Source: an uncultured Enterobacteriaceae bacterium | GTDB lineage: Bacteria > Pseudomonadota > Gammaproteobacteria > Burkholderiales > SG8-39 | DNA length: 64,000 bases | Assembly (NCBI GenBank): GCA_964430565.1 | Contig: CAYSFD010000057.1 | Location: 23,218-87,217, forward strand | Direction: 5' to 3' | In this document: piece after piece, positions 24,808-37,676 of the stretch | Layout of the letters: each line of letters opens with the position of its first letter | Position numbering within the stretch: position 1 is the first letter of the stretch | Translations under genes and position numbers: made by a program | The notes under the pieces: model-generated | Seen by the model: the letters and a program-made list of their open reading frames with translations, nothing else | The model's database searches: none | Told to the model about the DNA's origin: nothing

Positions 24808-26103
24808 ATGGTATTCGACTCCGTGCATCCCGCACCCGACACGCTGTCGTGGCAGCTGCAAAGCGCGAGGCGGCGTACCCGCGCCCTTACGCAGGATCTC
24901 AAGGGTGCGCAATTGTTCGGCCAAAAACTTGCGATCGTCAACCCGGTGCTGTGGGAACTGGGACACGTCGCCTGGTTCCAGGAACGCTGGTGCTTGAGAC
25001 TGCGCCCCGACGAGTCGCTTTCCGAGAGCTTGCTTGGCGGCGCAGACGCGCTCTACGACTCCGCGGCGGTGGCACACGACAAACGCTGGGACCTGCCGCT
25101 GCCGAGCCTCACGGCGACGCTCGCCTTCCAAGATCGCGTTCTGGAAAGAGTGCTCGCACGGATCGAGCGCGAGCCCGACAACGAGTGGTTTCTCTATTTT
25201 GTGCGGTTGGCGCTGTTCCATGAGGACATGCACGCGGAGGCGTTTCACTATACGCGCCAGACGCTCGGTTATGCAGACCCCCTTGCCCCCGAAAGTTCAG
25301 GGAAGCAAGGAAATGAGAATGGGCTTCAAGGCGAGGTGGAAATGCCGGGTGGGACGTTTCTTTTCGGCGCCCCGCGCAATGCGGGCTTCCATTTCGACAA
25401 CGAAAAATGGGCGCACCACATCGAAGTCCAGCCCTTCCGCATAGCGCGGGCGCCGGTGACCAACAAGCAGTACCGCGAGTTCGTGCGCGAGGGCGGGTAC
25501 CGGCGTCGCGACTGGTGGTCTGGCGAGGGGTGGCTTTGGCGGGAGCAGGCGCAGGCCGACGCGCCGCGTTACTGGGTCGAGAAGGGGGGCGCATGGATGG
25601 AACGCCGCTTCGCCGATTGGGTGGGCCTCGAGAACGATCTCCCGGTCATGCACGTCAACTGGCATGAGGCAAGCGCCTATTGCCGGTACGCGGGGAGGCG
25701 CCTGCCGAGCGAAGCGGAATGGGAATTCGCTGCATCGCTTTCCGGCAACGGGGGCAAGCGGCGCTATCCCTGGGACGACGCCGTCGCCGACGGCACGCGC
25801 GCTAACCTGGATGGGAGCGGCCGCGCGCCGGTGAGTGGATTCGCAGGAGGAGACAGTTTCAGTGGCTGCCGCCAGATGCTCGGCAATGTCTGGGAGTGGA
25901 CCTCGAGCTCATTCGGGCCCTATCCGGGTTTCGTGCGCGATCCCTACCGGGAATATTCCGAGCCGTGGTTCGGGACCCATAAAGTATTGCGTGGCGGGAG
26001 CTTCGCGACGCCGGCGCGGCTCGTCCACAATACCTGGCGAAATTTTTACACTCCGGATCGCGGCGATGTCTTCGCGGGGTTCCGCACCTGCGCGATCGAG
26101 TGA
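24808..26103 (+). CDS. senA: DinB-like + FGE-sulfatase-fold nonheme-iron enzyme (EgtB/SenA-like sulfoxide/selenoxide synthase)
   Basis: In-frame part of ORF 24613..26103, ATG 24808 (alternative 24787). DinB-type metal ligands WELGHVAWF and FHEDMHAE. C-terminal FGE domain (HVNWHEASAYCRYAGRRLPSEAEWEFAA, GNVWEWT, VLRGGSF). Confidence 0.6.
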   Translation: MVFDSVHPAPDTLSWQLQSARRRTRALTQDLKGAQLFGQKLAIVNPVLWELGHVAWFQERWCLRLRPDESLSESLLGGADALYDSAAVAHDKRWDLPLPSLTATLAFQDRVLERVLARIEREPDNEWFLYFVRLALFHEDMHAEAFHYTRQTLGYADPLAPESSGKQGNENGLQGEVEMPGGTFLFGAPRNAGFHFDNEKWAHHIEVQPFRIARAPVTNKQYREFVREGGYRRRDWWSGEGWLWREQAQADAPRYWVEKGGAWMERRFADWVGLENDLPVMHVNWHEASAYCRYAGRRLPSEAEWEFAASLSGNGGKRRYPWDDAVADGTRANLDGSGRAPVSGFAGGDSFSGCRQMLGNVWEWTSSSFGPYPGFVRDPYREYSEPWFGTHKVLRGGSFATPARLVHNTWRNFYTPDRGDVFAGFRTCAIE

Positions 26104-26882
26104 AAACAATCCAGTCGCGCGACAACCCGCAGGTCAAAGCTCTGACCAAGCTTGCCGGCTCGTCACGCGAGCGCCGCAGAACGGGCACCACGCTTCTGGA
26201 GGGAGAGCACCTCGTGCGCGCGTATCGTGACAGTGGCGGCGTGGCCGAGACGATTGTGGCGAGCGAGAGTGCCTTCGCCAGACCGGAGATACGAACATTC
26301 GTTGAAACCTCGCCAGCGCATGCGCGGCTCGTGCTTGCCGACGCGCTTCTGGAGCGCATTTCCCAACTCGTCAGCGCGGCGGGTGTCGCAGCTGTTGTCC
26401 GAACACCGCAGCCTGGTCCCGTGCCGCAGACGCTGCCGAGCTGCCTGCTGCTGGAGAGCATTCAGGATCCTGGAAATCTGGGATCGATTCTGAGAACTGC
26501 GGTGGCGGCGGGAATCCGGCACGTCTTCCTGATCGGGGGCTCGGTGTTCGCCTGGGCGCCGAAAGTCATCCGCGCCGGCATGGGCGCGCACTTCTCGCTT
26601 TCAATCTTCGAGGATGTCGATGTGAGCGAGTTCAGGCGCGCGTTTCGCGGCACCGTCGTCGCGATGGAACCGCACGCGGCGGCGTCGCTCTACGACCTCG
26701 ACCTGAGAGGACCGGTCGCGTGGACATTCGGCAACGAAGGCGCCGGACTGTCGGAGAGCATCGGACGGCTTGCCAGCCATCGCGTGCGCATTCCGATGCC
26801 CGGAGCAGCAGAATCGCTCAACGTCGCCGCGGCGGCTGCAATCTGCCTCTTTGAGCAGATACGGCAGAAAAGCAGGAGTTAG
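26100..26882 (+). CDS. TrmH/SpoU family RNA 2'-O-methyltransferase
   Basis: 260 aa. SpoU C-terminal motifs (QDPGNLGSILRTA, FGNEGAGLS, IPMPGAAESLNVAAAAAI). GTG start overlaps the upstream stop (GTGA). Confidence 0.85.
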   Translation: MKTIQSRDNPQVKALTKLAGSSRERRRTGTTLLEGEHLVRAYRDSGGVAETIVASESAFARPEIRTFVETSPAHARLVLADALLERISQLVSAAGVAAVVRTPQPGPVPQTLPSCLLLESIQDPGNLGSILRTAVAAGIRHVFLIGGSVFAWAPKVIRAGMGAHFSLSIFEDVDVSEFRRAFRGTVVAMEPHAAASLYDLDLRGPVAWTFGNEGAGLSESIGRLASHRVRIPMPGAAESLNVAAAAAICLFEQIRQKSRS

Positions 26883-26888
26883 AAGCTT

Positions 26889-27734
26889 CTAGTACACCCG
26901 CCGCTCGAGCTTGAATTCCTGAAGTATCGTCGTGGCGATTTCCTCGATCGACTTCGTCGTGGAGTTCGCCCAGCGTATGCCTTCGCGCTGCATCAGTTTC
27001 TCGGCCTGCTGCACCTCGTGGCGGCAGTTCTGCAAGTCGGCGTACTTACTGTTGGGCCGGCGCTCATTGCGAATCTCCCGCAACCTCTCCGGAGCGATCG
27101 ACAAGCCGTACAGCTTGTCGCGGTAATCCTCGAGCACTTTGGGCAAGCTCAAGCGGTCGAAGTCCTCCGGGATGAGCGGGTAGTTCGCCGCACGAATGCC
27201 GAACTGAAGCGAAAGGTAGAGGCTGGTCGGCGTCTTTCCGCTCCGTGACACTCCCACCAGAATCACGTCCGCCTTCGCCAGATCCCTGGACGATGCGCCG
27301 TCGTCATGGGCGAGGGCGAAGTTGATGGCTTCGATGCGATGGCTGTACCCCTTCTCGTCCCGCGCGCTGTGGGAGCGGCCGATGGTGTGCGAGGATTTCT
27401 GTCCGAGTTCTCCCTCCAGCGGGTCGAGAAATACCTCGAAAAAATCCAGCACGAAGGCCTCGGACTTGCGCACCAGGTCGCGCACATCGCTGTTGACGAA
27501 AGTCGTGAATACGACGGGGCGGTCGCTGCCGGATTTGGAGGCTTCGTTGATCTGGGCCACGCACTCTTCAGCCTTGGCCGCGGAATCGGTGAAGGGGACG
27601 GTGACGTGGTGGAATTCGATTCCTTCAAACTGAGTCAACAGGCTGTGTCCGAGCATTTCCACGGTGATGCCGGTGCCGTCGGACACGAAGAAAACGGTTC
27701 GGTGACGGACGGGTAGGGACGAGCGTTCGGGCAT
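26889..27734 (-). CDS. ppsR: Phosphoenolpyruvate synthase regulatory protein (pyruvate, water dikinase kinase/phosphorylase)
   Basis: ORF 26889..27752, ATG 27734 gives [25 protein letters not shown]-loop [11 protein letters not shown]. Divergent from ppsA. Confidence 0.92.
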   Translation of the reverse strand: MPERSSLPVRHRTVFFVSDGTGITVEMLGHSLLTQFEGIEFHHVTVPFTDSAAKAEECVAQINEASKSGSDRPVVFTTFVNSDVRDLVRKSEAFVLDFFEVFLDPLEGELGQKSSHTIGRSHSARDEKGYSHRIEAINFALAHDDGASSRDLAKADVILVGVSRSGKTPTSLYLSLQFGIRAANYPLIPEDFDRLSLPKVLEDYRDKLYGLSIAPERLREIRNERRPNSKYADLQNCRHEVQQAEKLMQREGIRWANSTTKSIEEIATTILQEFKLERRVY

Positions 27735-27737
27735 GAT

Positions 27738-27752
27738 TTGTGCTGCGCACAA
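27738..27752. promoter_or_regulatory. Perfect inverted repeat in the ppsR/ppsA divergent control region (candidate operator)
   Basis: TTGTGC-TGC-GCACAA read directly, 3 nt from the ppsR start codon, within the 83-nt spacer. Confidence 0.35.
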
Positions 27753-27817
27753 GAAGTGTCACCGGTAAAATAGCGGTTTCGCCGCAATCCTTCAACAAGA
27801 ACGAAAGACCTGCCCCC

Positions 27818-30223
27818 ATGACAAGTCGCAAATGCGTCGTACCGTTCGACCAGCTCAGGATGAGCGACGTCGAGCAGGTGGGCGGCAAAAACGCATCGCT
27901 CGGCGAGATGATCAGCCAGTTATCCAGGAAAGGCATTCGCGTCCCGAACGGCTTTGCGACGAGCGCTGAAGCTTATCGCGAATTCCTCGCCCAAGCAGGT
28001 CTCGACAAGCGCATTGCAGGGCGCCTGCAAAAACTCGATACGGACGATGTGGAGGCCCTTGCGCACTGCGGCTCAGAGATCCGGGGCTGGATCGAGGCAA
28101 CGTCGTTGCCGAAACAACTCGATAGCGAAATCGCTTCGGCGTACCGGGAGTTGACCGGAGGCGATGACGGCGTATCGGTTGCGGTGCGCTCCAGCGCAAC
28201 GGCGGAGGATCTCCCCGATGCGTCCTTTGCCGGCCAGCAGGAGACCTTTCTCAATATCCGCGGCCTGGACAACGTCAGGACCGCGCTTAGGCACGTATTC
28301 GCGTCGCTTTATAACGACCGGGCGATTTCCTATCGCGTCCACAAGGGCTTTGATCATTCGGCCGTGGCGCTGTCGGCCGGGGTGCAGCGCATGGCGCGCA
28401 GCGACCTCGGCGCAAGCGGGGTGATGTTCACGTTGGACACCGAATCGGGTTTCCAGGATGTGGTCTTCATCACCGCTTCCTGGGGGCTGGGAGAAATGAT
28501 AGTGCAAGGCGCGGTGAACCCGGACGAGTTCTACGTCCACAAGCCGATGCTGCGTGCCGGCAAGTTCCCGGTGATCCACCGCGGCCTCGGGTCGAAGCTC
28601 CAGAAGATGGTTTTCACGGACAACGGATCGGCGAAGCAATCGGTGGAAACGGTAGAGGTTTCCGAAGCCGACCGCAACCGTTTCTGCCTTAGCGACGCAG
28701 ACGTCGTCGAACTTGCGCGTTTCGCGCTGCAGATCGAGGAGCACTACCAGCGGCCCATGGATATCGAATGGGCGAAGGACGGCTCGGACGGAAAGCTCTA
28801 CATCCTGCAGGCAAGACCGGAAACGGTGAAATCGCGCAAATCCACGGAGAGCCAGGAACGCTACCGGCTCAAGCAAAAATCGGAGGTGCTCGTCTCGGGC
28901 CGCGCCATCGGTCATAAAATCGGGGTGGGCACCGTACGCGTGGTCAAGGATCCTTCAGAAATGGGACGCATCAAGCCCGGTGAAATCATCGTTACCGACA
29001 TGACCGACCCCAACTGGGAGCCGGTGATGAAGCGCGCGGCAGCGATCGTCACCAACCGCGGCGGGCGCACCTGTCATGCCGCCATCATCGCGCGCGAGTT
29101 GGGTGTCCCTGCTGTTGTGGGTTGCGGCAACGCGACCGCCGTGCTCAAGGACGGCGAGGCCTGCACGGTGTCCTGCGCGGAAGGCGACACGGGGAACATC
29201 TACCGTGGCATTCTTGAGATCGAGGTCACCTCGCAGGAACGCGGCGAGATGCCCAAGTGCCCGGTGAAGATCACCATGAACATCGGCAATCCCCAGCTGG
29301 CATTCGATTTTCAGGCGCTGCCGAACTGGGGTGTGGGACTCGCCCGACTGGAGTTTGTCATCAACAACATGATCGGCGTGCACCCTAAGGCGGTGATCGA
29401 GTATCCGGATGTGCCCGAAAAGCTCAAACGCGAGGTCGAGCAGGCGGCGCGCGGCTACGCCGATCCGCGCGCGTTCTTCGTGGAGAAACTCACCGAGGGC
29501 ATCGCCACTATCGCCGCCGCGTTCTGGCCGAAACCGGTTATCGTGCGGCTGTCTGATTTCAAGTCGAACGAGTACAAGAAGTTAATCGGAGGGGCTCGCT
29601 ACGAACCCGACGAAGAAAATCCGATGCTCGGCTTTCGCGGCGCCTCGCGCTATATCGCCGAATCGTTCCGCGACTGCTTCGAAATGGAATGCCGGGCGAT
29701 GCGCCGGGTGAGGGAGGACCTCGGCCTTACCAATGTGGAGATCATGGTGCCGTTCGTGCGCACGCTGAAGGAATGCCGCCAGGTGATCGAGCTGCTTGCG
29801 GCGAACCGCCTGAAGCGGGGCGAGAACGGCTTGCGCCTCATCATGATGTGCGAAGTGCCTTCGAACGCCGTGCTGGCCGACCAGTTTCTCGAATACTTCG
29901 ACGGCTTTTCGATCGGCTCGAACGACCTCACACAGCTCACGCTCGGGCTGGATCGCGACTCGGGATTGGTTGCCGACTCATTCGACGAGCGCGATCCCGC
30001 GGTCAAGGCGATGCTGCGTCTGGCAATCCAGGCCTGCCGCAAGGCGGGCAAGTACGTAGGCATCTGCGGGCAGGGGCCTTCGGATCATCTGGACTTCGCC
30101 AAGTGGCTCGTGCACGAAGGCATCGAGAGCCTTTCGCTCAACCCCGACACGGTGGTGGACACCTGGCTGCAGCTCGCCCGAGAAGCCGACGCAGAGGTTA
30201 AGGCAAAAGTCGCGATGACTTGA
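27818..30223 (+). CDS. ppsA: Phosphoenolpyruvate synthase (pyruvate, water dikinase)
   Basis: In-frame part of ORF 27740..30223. ATG 27818 gives [31 protein letters not shown]. Phosphohistidine motif [14 protein letters not shown]. Confidence 0.95.
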   Translation: MTSRKCVVPFDQLRMSDVEQVGGKNASLGEMISQLSRKGIRVPNGFATSAEAYREFLAQAGLDKRIAGRLQKLDTDDVEALAHCGSEIRGWIEATSLPKQLDSEIASAYRELTGGDDGVSVAVRSSATAEDLPDASFAGQQETFLNIRGLDNVRTALRHVFASLYNDRAISYRVHKGFDHSAVALSAGVQRMARSDLGASGVMFTLDTESGFQDVVFITASWGLGEMIVQGAVNPDEFYVHKPMLRAGKFPVIHRGLGSKLQKMVFTDNGSAKQSVETVEVSEADRNRFCLSDADVVELARFALQIEEHYQRPMDIEWAKDGSDGKLYILQARPETVKSRKSTESQERYRLKQKSEVLVSGRAIGHKIGVGTVRVVKDPSEMGRIKPGEIIVTDMTDPNWEPVMKRAAAIVTNRGGRTCHAAIIARELGVPAVVGCGNATAVLKDGEACTVSCAEGDTGNIYRGILEIEVTSQERGEMPKCPVKITMNIGNPQLAFDFQALPNWGVGLARLEFVINNMIGVHPKAVIEYPDVPEKLKREVEQAARGYADPRAFFVEKLTEGIATIAAAFWPKPVIVRLSDFKSNEYKKLIGGARYEPDEENPMLGFRGASRYIAESFRDCFEMECRAMRRVREDLGLTNVEIMVPFVRTLKECRQVIELLAANRLKRGENGLRLIMMCEVPSNAVLADQFLEYFDGFSIGSNDLTQLTLGLDRDSGLVADSFDERDPAVKAMLRLAIQACRKAGKYVGICGQGPSDHLDFAKWLVHEGIESLSLNPDTVVDTWLQLAREADAEVKAKVAMT

Positions 30224-30670
30224 TCAGCCGCGCGTTCGAAGCAAGCGCTGTTTCTCCCGGCTCCACTCTTTCTCCTTCTCTGCGGCGCGCTTGTCGTGCT
30301 GCTTCTTGCCCTTGCCGAGGCCGATATTGATCTTCACGCGCCCGCGCACGTAGTGCAGGTCGAGGGGAACGAGGGTGTAGCCCGCACGATCGACTTTGCC
30401 GATGAGACGTTGAATTTCCTCCGCGTGGAGCAGGAGTTTGCGCGTGCGTACGGGATCGGGCTGGACGTGCGTGGATGCGGCGGAGAGCGCGCTGATGTGA
30501 GCTCCGATGAGGAAGATCTCTTCATTGCGCACGATCACATAGGCTTCCTTCAGCTGAGCGCGCCCGGCGCGGATCGCCTTGACTTCCCAGCCTTCAAGAG
30601 CGATGCCCGCCTCGTAGCGCTCCTCGATGAAATAGTCGTGCGATGCCTTGCGGTTCTCGACGATACTCAC
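30224..30670 (-). CDS. smpB: SsrA-binding protein SmpB
   Basis: 148 aa. N-terminus [23 protein letters not shown] is typical of SmpB. Confidence 0.94.
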   Translation of the reverse strand: MSIVENRKASHDYFIEERYEAGIALEGWEVKAIRAGRAQLKEAYVIVRNEEIFLIGAHISALSAASTHVQPDPVRTRKLLLHAEEIQRLIGKVDRAGYTLVPLDLHYVRGRVKINIGLGKGKKQHDKRAAEKEKEWSREKQRLLRTRG

Positions 30671-30711
30671 GGTCGCGTATTTCTTCCGATGGAATTTTGC
30701 ATTTTACAACG

Positions 30712-31149
30712 ATGATCCATGTAGACCGTTCGGCATTGGTCGGCTACAGCGCGCAGGCTATGTACGCGCTGGCCGATGACATCGAATCCTATCCCCAGTT
30801 CCTGCCCTGGTGCGACGGCGCGCAGTACGTTACGCGCGAGCCTGGCCGGACGGTGGCGACGCTGCACATCAACTTTCACGGCCTGAAGAACCAGTTCACG
30901 ACGGAGAACGTCCACCAGCCCGGAAGGCGAATCGATATGAAACTCGTCTCCGGGCCGTTCCGCAGCCTTCAAGGCAGCTGGTCGTTTACCGATCTTGGGA
31001 AAGACGCCAGCAAGGTCGAGTTCAGCCTGCGCTACGAGTTCGCAAGCCCGCTGCTCGAGGCGGCGGTCGGACCGGTATTCCGGAGCATCACCGAAACGTT
31101 CGTCGATGCCTTCGTGCGCCGCGCCGACGAGAAGTTCGGCCGCAAATGA
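30712..31149 (+). CDS. ratA: SRPBCC-fold RatA/Coq10-like (ubiquinone-binding) protein
   Basis: In-frame part of ORF 30643..31149, ATG 30712. Conserved smpB-ratA-rnfH neighbourhood. Motif YPQFLPWC. Confidence 0.85.
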   Translation: MIHVDRSALVGYSAQAMYALADDIESYPQFLPWCDGAQYVTREPGRTVATLHINFHGLKNQFTTENVHQPGRRIDMKLVSGPFRSLQGSWSFTDLGKDASKVEFSLRYEFASPLLEAAVGPVFRSITETFVDAFVRRADEKFGRK

Positions 31150-31430
31150 GTGCCCTTCGGATCGAGGTCGTCTACGCTCTGCCCGAGCGTCAGCTGCTGC
31201 GCCGCGTCTCCTTGCCTGAGGGAAGCACCGTCGAGGCCGCGGTCTGCGCGAGCGGCCTGCCGGCGGAATTTCCGGAAATCGACCCGCTGCGCACTGGAAT
31301 CTACGGAAAAACCGTTTCGAAAGACACGATATTGCGCGACCGGGACCGTGTCGAACTCTATCGGCCGCTCAAGGCTGACCCGAAGGAAATCAGGCGTGCG
31401 CGCGCGGCGAAAAGGCGCGCCAAGAAATAA
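31146..31430 (+). CDS. rnfH: RnfH family ubiquitin-like protein
   Basis: ATG 31146 (ATGA overlap with ratA), 94 aa, [16 protein letters not shown]...DRVELYRPL. Confidence 0.85.
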   Translation: MSALRIEVVYALPERQLLRRVSLPEGSTVEAAVCASGLPAEFPEIDPLRTGIYGKTVSKDTILRDRDRVELYRPLKADPKEIRRARAAKRRAKK

Positions 31431-31433
31431 GCG

Positions 31434-31931
31434 TCAGTTGCAGGCTTGGGAGACGTCGGCGCGCGCCCTGGTTTTCTCCTGCTCGATCTGCGCGTCCTCG
31501 AGGTAGTAGCGCTCGCCTTGCGGGCTGATGCGCGTTATCCGACCACCGATCTCGTAATTCGCCAGGCGCTCCCTGGCGGCACGGCAGTTCTGATCCTTGC
31601 GCTGCGCCTCCGCGGATTTTTCGCCGGATTCTCTTGCAGCCTTTTCCTGATCCTGTTGGCGCTTACGGAAATCCTGTTCCTGGTCCGCCGTCGTCTTAGG
31701 GCCGGTTTTCTTGGTGGCATCGGCCTTGTCCGCCGATCCGGCGGTGGGAGTCGCGGCCGGCGCCGCAGAAGGCCTGTCCACGCGGCGGGTCACGGTCCCC
31801 GATTTCGTGTCCGGTGGACAGGGAGTCTGCGAATAAATGATTTTTCCTGCGGCGTCGATGCACTTATAGACCTGCGCGTTCGCGCTCGCGAGACTCAGGG
31901 ATGCAAAAACAAAGACCGCAATTCGAATCAT
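31434..31931 (-). CDS. DUF4124 domain-containing secreted protein
   Basis: ORF 31434..31991. ATG 31931 gives signal peptide MIRIAVFVFASLSLASANA, then the DUF4124-like VYKCIDAAGKIIYSQTPCP. Charged low-complexity C-terminus. An alternative start at 31967 is possible. Confidence 0.75.
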   Translation of the reverse strand: MIRIAVFVFASLSLASANAQVYKCIDAAGKIIYSQTPCPPDTKSGTVTRRVDRPSAAPAATPTAGSADKADATKKTGPKTTADQEQDFRKRQQDQEKAARESGEKSAEAQRKDQNCRAARERLANYEIGGRITRISPQGERYYLEDAQIEQEKTRARADVSQACN

Positions 31932-32002
31932 GACGATACTTCGCAGGAAACGGATCAGGCGCACCATAGCGAGTTTCAGTCCGCCGGTCAATCGCAGGAT
32001 AA

Positions 32003-36028
<4,026 letters not shown>

Positions 36029-36150
36029 TCCCGCGGGCGCCCGTGCAGGGTTTCACCCCCTGAGAAATCAGACACTTGACCTTCCGCGCGCAATCTATCC
36101 AGGACTACTTATCCATACAGCACAACAAATGGAGAACCTCATCCGATAAT

Positions 36151-37155
36151 ATGGACGCCTCGACCCAACGTTCGAAAATCATGACCAGACCACTGTTGAT
36201 TTTGCTGTTCGCACTCGTAACCATTCTTGCCGCGACGGAGTCGACGTTGGCGCAGGTTTTTCCGGACCGCCCGGTGCGCATCATCGTCGGCTATCCGCCC
36301 GGCGGCGGCACCGACCTCGTCGCGCGCCTCGTTCAGCAACCGTTGTCGCAGCGTTGGGGCCAGCCGGTGGTGATAGACAACCGGCCCGGCGCGAGCGCCA
36401 TCATCGCGGCAGAAGCTGTGGCGAAGGCGAAGCCGGACGGCTACACGCTGCTGATGGCCTACGCCACGGAGGTGGCGGTCAATCCGGTGACGGTGAAGAA
36501 GCTGCCCTACGATCCGGTGCGCGATTTCACGCCCATCATGCAGCTGGCCGGCGCGCCGCTGGTGCTTGCCGTGCATCCTGCGCTGGCGGCGAAGGACGTA
36601 CGCGAGCTGGTCGCGCTCGCCAAGGCGAAGCCCGGCACGCTGTCGTATTCGTCCTCAGGGAGCGGCAGCGTGCACCATTTCGCCGGCGAGCTGTTCAAGC
36701 TGCAGACCGGGGCAGACATCCTGCACGTCCCCTACAAGGGCTCCGGGCCGGCCACCGCTGACGCCGTGGCGGGGCACGTGCAGGTCACCTACGCCTCGGT
36801 GGCCTCGGTGCTGCGCTTCGTGCAGGCCGGGCGCCTGCGCGCGCTCGCAGTGACCTCGAAGAACCGGTCACCGCAGATGCCGGAGGTGCCGAGCATGGTC
36901 GAAGCCGGCCTCGCTGATTTCGAGCTGACGAGCTGGTACGGCCTGCTCGCGCCCGCCGGCACGGCGCCCGCCATCGTCGCGAAAATTCACGCCGACGTAG
37001 CGGGCGTTCTTGCAAGCGCGGAGATCCAGAAGAGTTTCGCCACCCAGGGGCTCGACATGGCCGGAGGAACGCCGCAGGCCTTCGGCGCCTTCATCCGCGA
37101 CGAGGCCGCGAAGTTCGCGCGTATCGCGAAGGCCGGCAATATAGCCGCAGAGTGA
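36151..37155 (+). CDS. Bug family tripartite tricarboxylate transporter substrate-binding protein (TctC-like)
   Basis: ORF 36076..37155. Signal peptide LLILLFALVTILAATESTLAQ followed by FPDRPVRIIVGYPPGGGTD, typical of Bug/TctC proteins. The start is 36151 or 36181. No tctA/tctB adjacent. Confidence 0.85.
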   Translation: MDASTQRSKIMTRPLLILLFALVTILAATESTLAQVFPDRPVRIIVGYPPGGGTDLVARLVQQPLSQRWGQPVVIDNRPGASAIIAAEAVAKAKPDGYTLLMAYATEVAVNPVTVKKLPYDPVRDFTPIMQLAGAPLVLAVHPALAAKDVRELVALAKAKPGTLSYSSSGSGSVHHFAGELFKLQTGADILHVPYKGSGPATADAVAGHVQVTYASVASVLRFVQAGRLRALAVTSKNRSPQMPEVPSMVEAGLADFELTSWYGLLAPAGTAPAIVAKIHADVAGVLASAEIQKSFATQGLDMAGGTPQAFGAFIRDEAAKFARIAKAGNIAAE

Positions 37156-37177
37156 TTTTCCCGGGCTGCGGGAAGCG

Positions 37178-37237
37178 ATGAAGACGCTCGCGCTGCCTTC
37201 GGGCGAGCGGGTCCCGGCGTTCGGCCTGGAAGGGAAT
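37178..37237 (+). pseudogene. Probable 5' stub of an aldo/keto reductase gene
   Basis: A 19-codon ORF, MKTLALPSGERVPAFGLEGN-stop. It resembles the conserved AKR N-terminus (MxTxxLPSGExVPAxGxGTW) but stops where the GxGTW motif should be. Confidence 0.35.
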
Positions 37238-37309
37238 TGAGGGAGTGGTTACGGCAGCAGAGTGCGGCTCGGTTGTGGCAAGGATGGCTGAGCTCATCAG
37301 TTTGCGCAT

Positions 37310-37570
37310 GTGACGACGCCTAACCCTCGTATATGGACTCCCCGGGCCCATGGCGCTTTCTCCAGATATTTGACGGGATGGGGTGCCGCCATAGTCCTGG
37401 TCCTGTTCTTCCCGACGAACATCTACTCTGCGATCAACTACATCCCGATGGGCGGGCACGAGTGGGGCCCCGTATATCGTCTGGCCCGCGCTCCGCTGCA
37501 GGTCATCATCGTGTTCTGGGTTTACTGGTTCACCATCAGGCGATTCACAATCCCTCCGCACGCTTCCTGA
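37310..37570 (+). CDS. Small hypothetical membrane protein, possibly the 3' remnant of a larger gene
   Basis: 86-aa ORF with a GTG start. Two hydrophobic segments (GWGAAIVLVLFFPTNIY and LQVIIVFWVYWF). Same frame as the AKR stub, separated from it by two stops. No family recognised with confidence. Confidence 0.35.
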   Translation: MTTPNPRIWTPRAHGAFSRYLTGWGAAIVLVLFFPTNIYSAINYIPMGGHEWGPVYRLARAPLQVIIVFWVYWFTIRRFTIPPHAS

Positions 37571-37676
37571 TTTTGCGAGAGAATTCCGAACTCGCAAGGG
37601 AGCGCTATTGCGCCCCCGCTTGAACAGCCCATCAGACACCCCTGACATTCCGACAAATGTGACCGACTCTTCTGTT

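Noticed and set aside
24789-24941. The longer version of the glycosyltransferase ORF, starting at 24941.
   Set aside because: The extra 51 codons (MTIASFWPNNCAPLRSCVRARV...) overlap the conserved N-terminus of the EgtB/SenA-like gene on the other strand and look non-protein-like. MKIALITPA at 24788 is a typical GT-B start.
30712-31430. RatA/RnfH pair considered as a toxin-antitoxin system.
   Set aside because: This is the conserved housekeeping smpB-ratA-rnfH neighbourhood. RatA-family proteins are SRPBCC/Coq10-like and RnfH is ubiquitin-like. Nothing in the sequence supports a bona fide TA module.
37157-37173. A hairpin, TTCCCG-GGCTG-CGGGAA, right after the Bug gene stop, considered as a terminator.
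   Set aside because: The stem is short and no downstream U-tract follows. It may simply be part of the degraded region.
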